Positions 62,549-64,000 of a stretch of DNA of 64,000 nucleotides are shown one piece after another. This DNA is from Octopus vulgaris (taxonomy: Eukaryota). Where the stretch lies: assembly GCA_951406725.2 (NCBI GenBank), contig OX597817.1, forward strand, positions 52,328,001 to 52,392,000. The letters are read 5' to 3'. The notes beneath the pieces were generated by a model. That model made no database searches. It saw nothing but the letters and a program-made list of their open reading frames with translations, and was not told where the DNA came from. A program made the translations under genes and the position numbers. The first letter of the stretch is position 1; the number at the start of each line of letters is the position of its first letter.

Positions 62549-63446
62549 AGACAGAGACATGGACAGACAGACAGAGACACGGACAGACAGACAGAGACAC
62601 GGACAGACAGACAGAGACACGGACGGACAGACAGACAGAAACACGGACAGACAGACAGAAACACGGACGGACAGACAGAAACACGGACAGACAGACAGAA
62701 ACACGGACAGACAGACAGAAACACGGACAGACAGAAACACGGACAGACAGACAGAGACACGGACAGACAGACAGACAGAGACACGGACAGACAGACAGAC
62801 AGAGACACGGACAGACAGACAGACAGAGACACGGACAGACAGACAGACAGAGACACGGACAGACAGACAGACAGAGACACGGACAGACAGACAGACAGAG
62901 ACACGGACAGACAGACAGACAGAGACACGGACAGACAGACAGACACGGACAGACAGACAGACAGAGACACGACAGACAGACAGACAGAGACACGGACAGA
63001 CACGGACAGACAGAGACACGGACAGGCAGACACGGACAGGCAGACACGGACAGGCAGAGACACGGACAGACAGAGACACGGACAGACAGAGACACGGACA
63101 GACAGAGACACGGACAGACAGAGACACGGACAGACAGAGACACGGACAGACAGAGACACGGACAGACAGAGACACGGACAGGCAGAGACACGGACAGGCA
63201 GAGACACGGACAGGCAGAGACACGGACAGGCAGAGACACAGACAGGCAGAGACACAGACAGACAGAGACACGGACAGACAGAGACACGGACAGACAGAGA
63301 CACAGACAGGCAGAGACACAGACAGACAGAGACACAGACAGACAGAGACACAGACAGGCAGAGACACAGACAGGCAGAGACACAGACAGACAGAGACACT
63401 GGCAGACAGACAGACAGAGACACTGCCAGACAGACAGACAGACAGA
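62549..63446. repeat. About 900-bp (GACA)n-derived compound satellite with GAGACACG/GAAACACG interruptions
   Basis: Direct reading; accounts for all five 280-360-aa ORFs in this region. Confidence 0.95.
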
Positions 63447-63575
63447 ATTTTTCCATTTCTTACGCTATTTTAGTGGTACTTTCCCTTGTTACATTAAATT
63501 TAAACTTTTGTAAATTGATTTTTTTTTTAATCGAAGCATTTTAACTTCAAATTATTTTTTTTATTTCCATGGCAG

Positions 63576-63647
63576 GTTTGCAACATTGTTGGAGGCCAAC
63601 GTTGCATAAAAAAATTAACTGAAATGCAAACATCCACCATGATCAAA
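63576..63647 (+). CDS. AGO2: Argonaute exon 12, L2 ([24 protein letters not shown]); gene continues beyond the window
   Basis: atggcAG ... AAA|GTAAGT; 72 nt, phase 0-0. Confidence 0.96.
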
Positions 63648-64000
63648 GTAAGTATTTGTCTGTGGAGACATGTTTATTTTACGTGTGTGACTATGTCCTT
63701 GCTACTCTCTTTTTCACTCATAGTGCATGTATAGACATCAAGAATATCTTACCTTTTATTTGTTTCAATTATAGGGCTGTGGTCATCCTGGGGCACTACT
63801 TTGAAGGGTTTTAGTTAAACAAATCAACCCAGTACTTATTTTTTTATAAATGAGGTGCTTTTTTTTCTAAAGGTCTGTTTTGCCGAACAACTATGGTACG
63901 AGGGATGTAAACAGACCAACACAGGTTGTGATGTAATGGTAGCTGTCCAACAACTCCATCAATATAGCCAGCTGTAGTCAACAGTAGTCCACTCTGCTGG

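Noticed and set aside
62429-63544. Five ORFs of 282-359 aa (TDRQ / SVCL repeats)
   Set aside because: Translations of a stop-free (GACA)n satellite inside an intron; no splice or domain support.

Overview
AT-rich, repeat-dense eukaryotic (animal) genomic DNA. The tRNA-derived SINE families, RTE/CR1/Penelope-like remnants and (CA)/(TA)/(ATT) microsatellites look like an Octopus (coleoid cephalopod) genome; that assignment is recognition, not a database result. Two spliced protein-coding genes lie on the + strand and are largely invisible in the ORF track. (1) The last two coding exons (749-871, 2461-2622) of a gene whose product ends in KKKDEL*, i.e. an ER-resident protein with EF-hand-like segments. 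(2) The 5' half of a miRNA-class Argonaute (AGO-clade) gene: 12 coding exons from 11163 to 63647, all with GT-AG introns and matching phases, giving 1323 nt / 441 aa (N, L1 and PAZ domains and the start of L2). The gene continues beyond the window. Its N-terminus is unusual: a 30-nt microexon and a 180-nt exon encoding about 12 GG(L/M/I)PP-type repeats, both phase 1-1 and therefore skippable in frame. Both exons sit next to inverted repeats, and the introns carry Penelope-type hammerhead ribozyme motifs, one of them fused behind a tRNA-derived Pol III head. Almost all long ORFs in the ORF track are microsatellite or TE artefacts. Exon boundaries were read base by base; TE boundaries are approximate.
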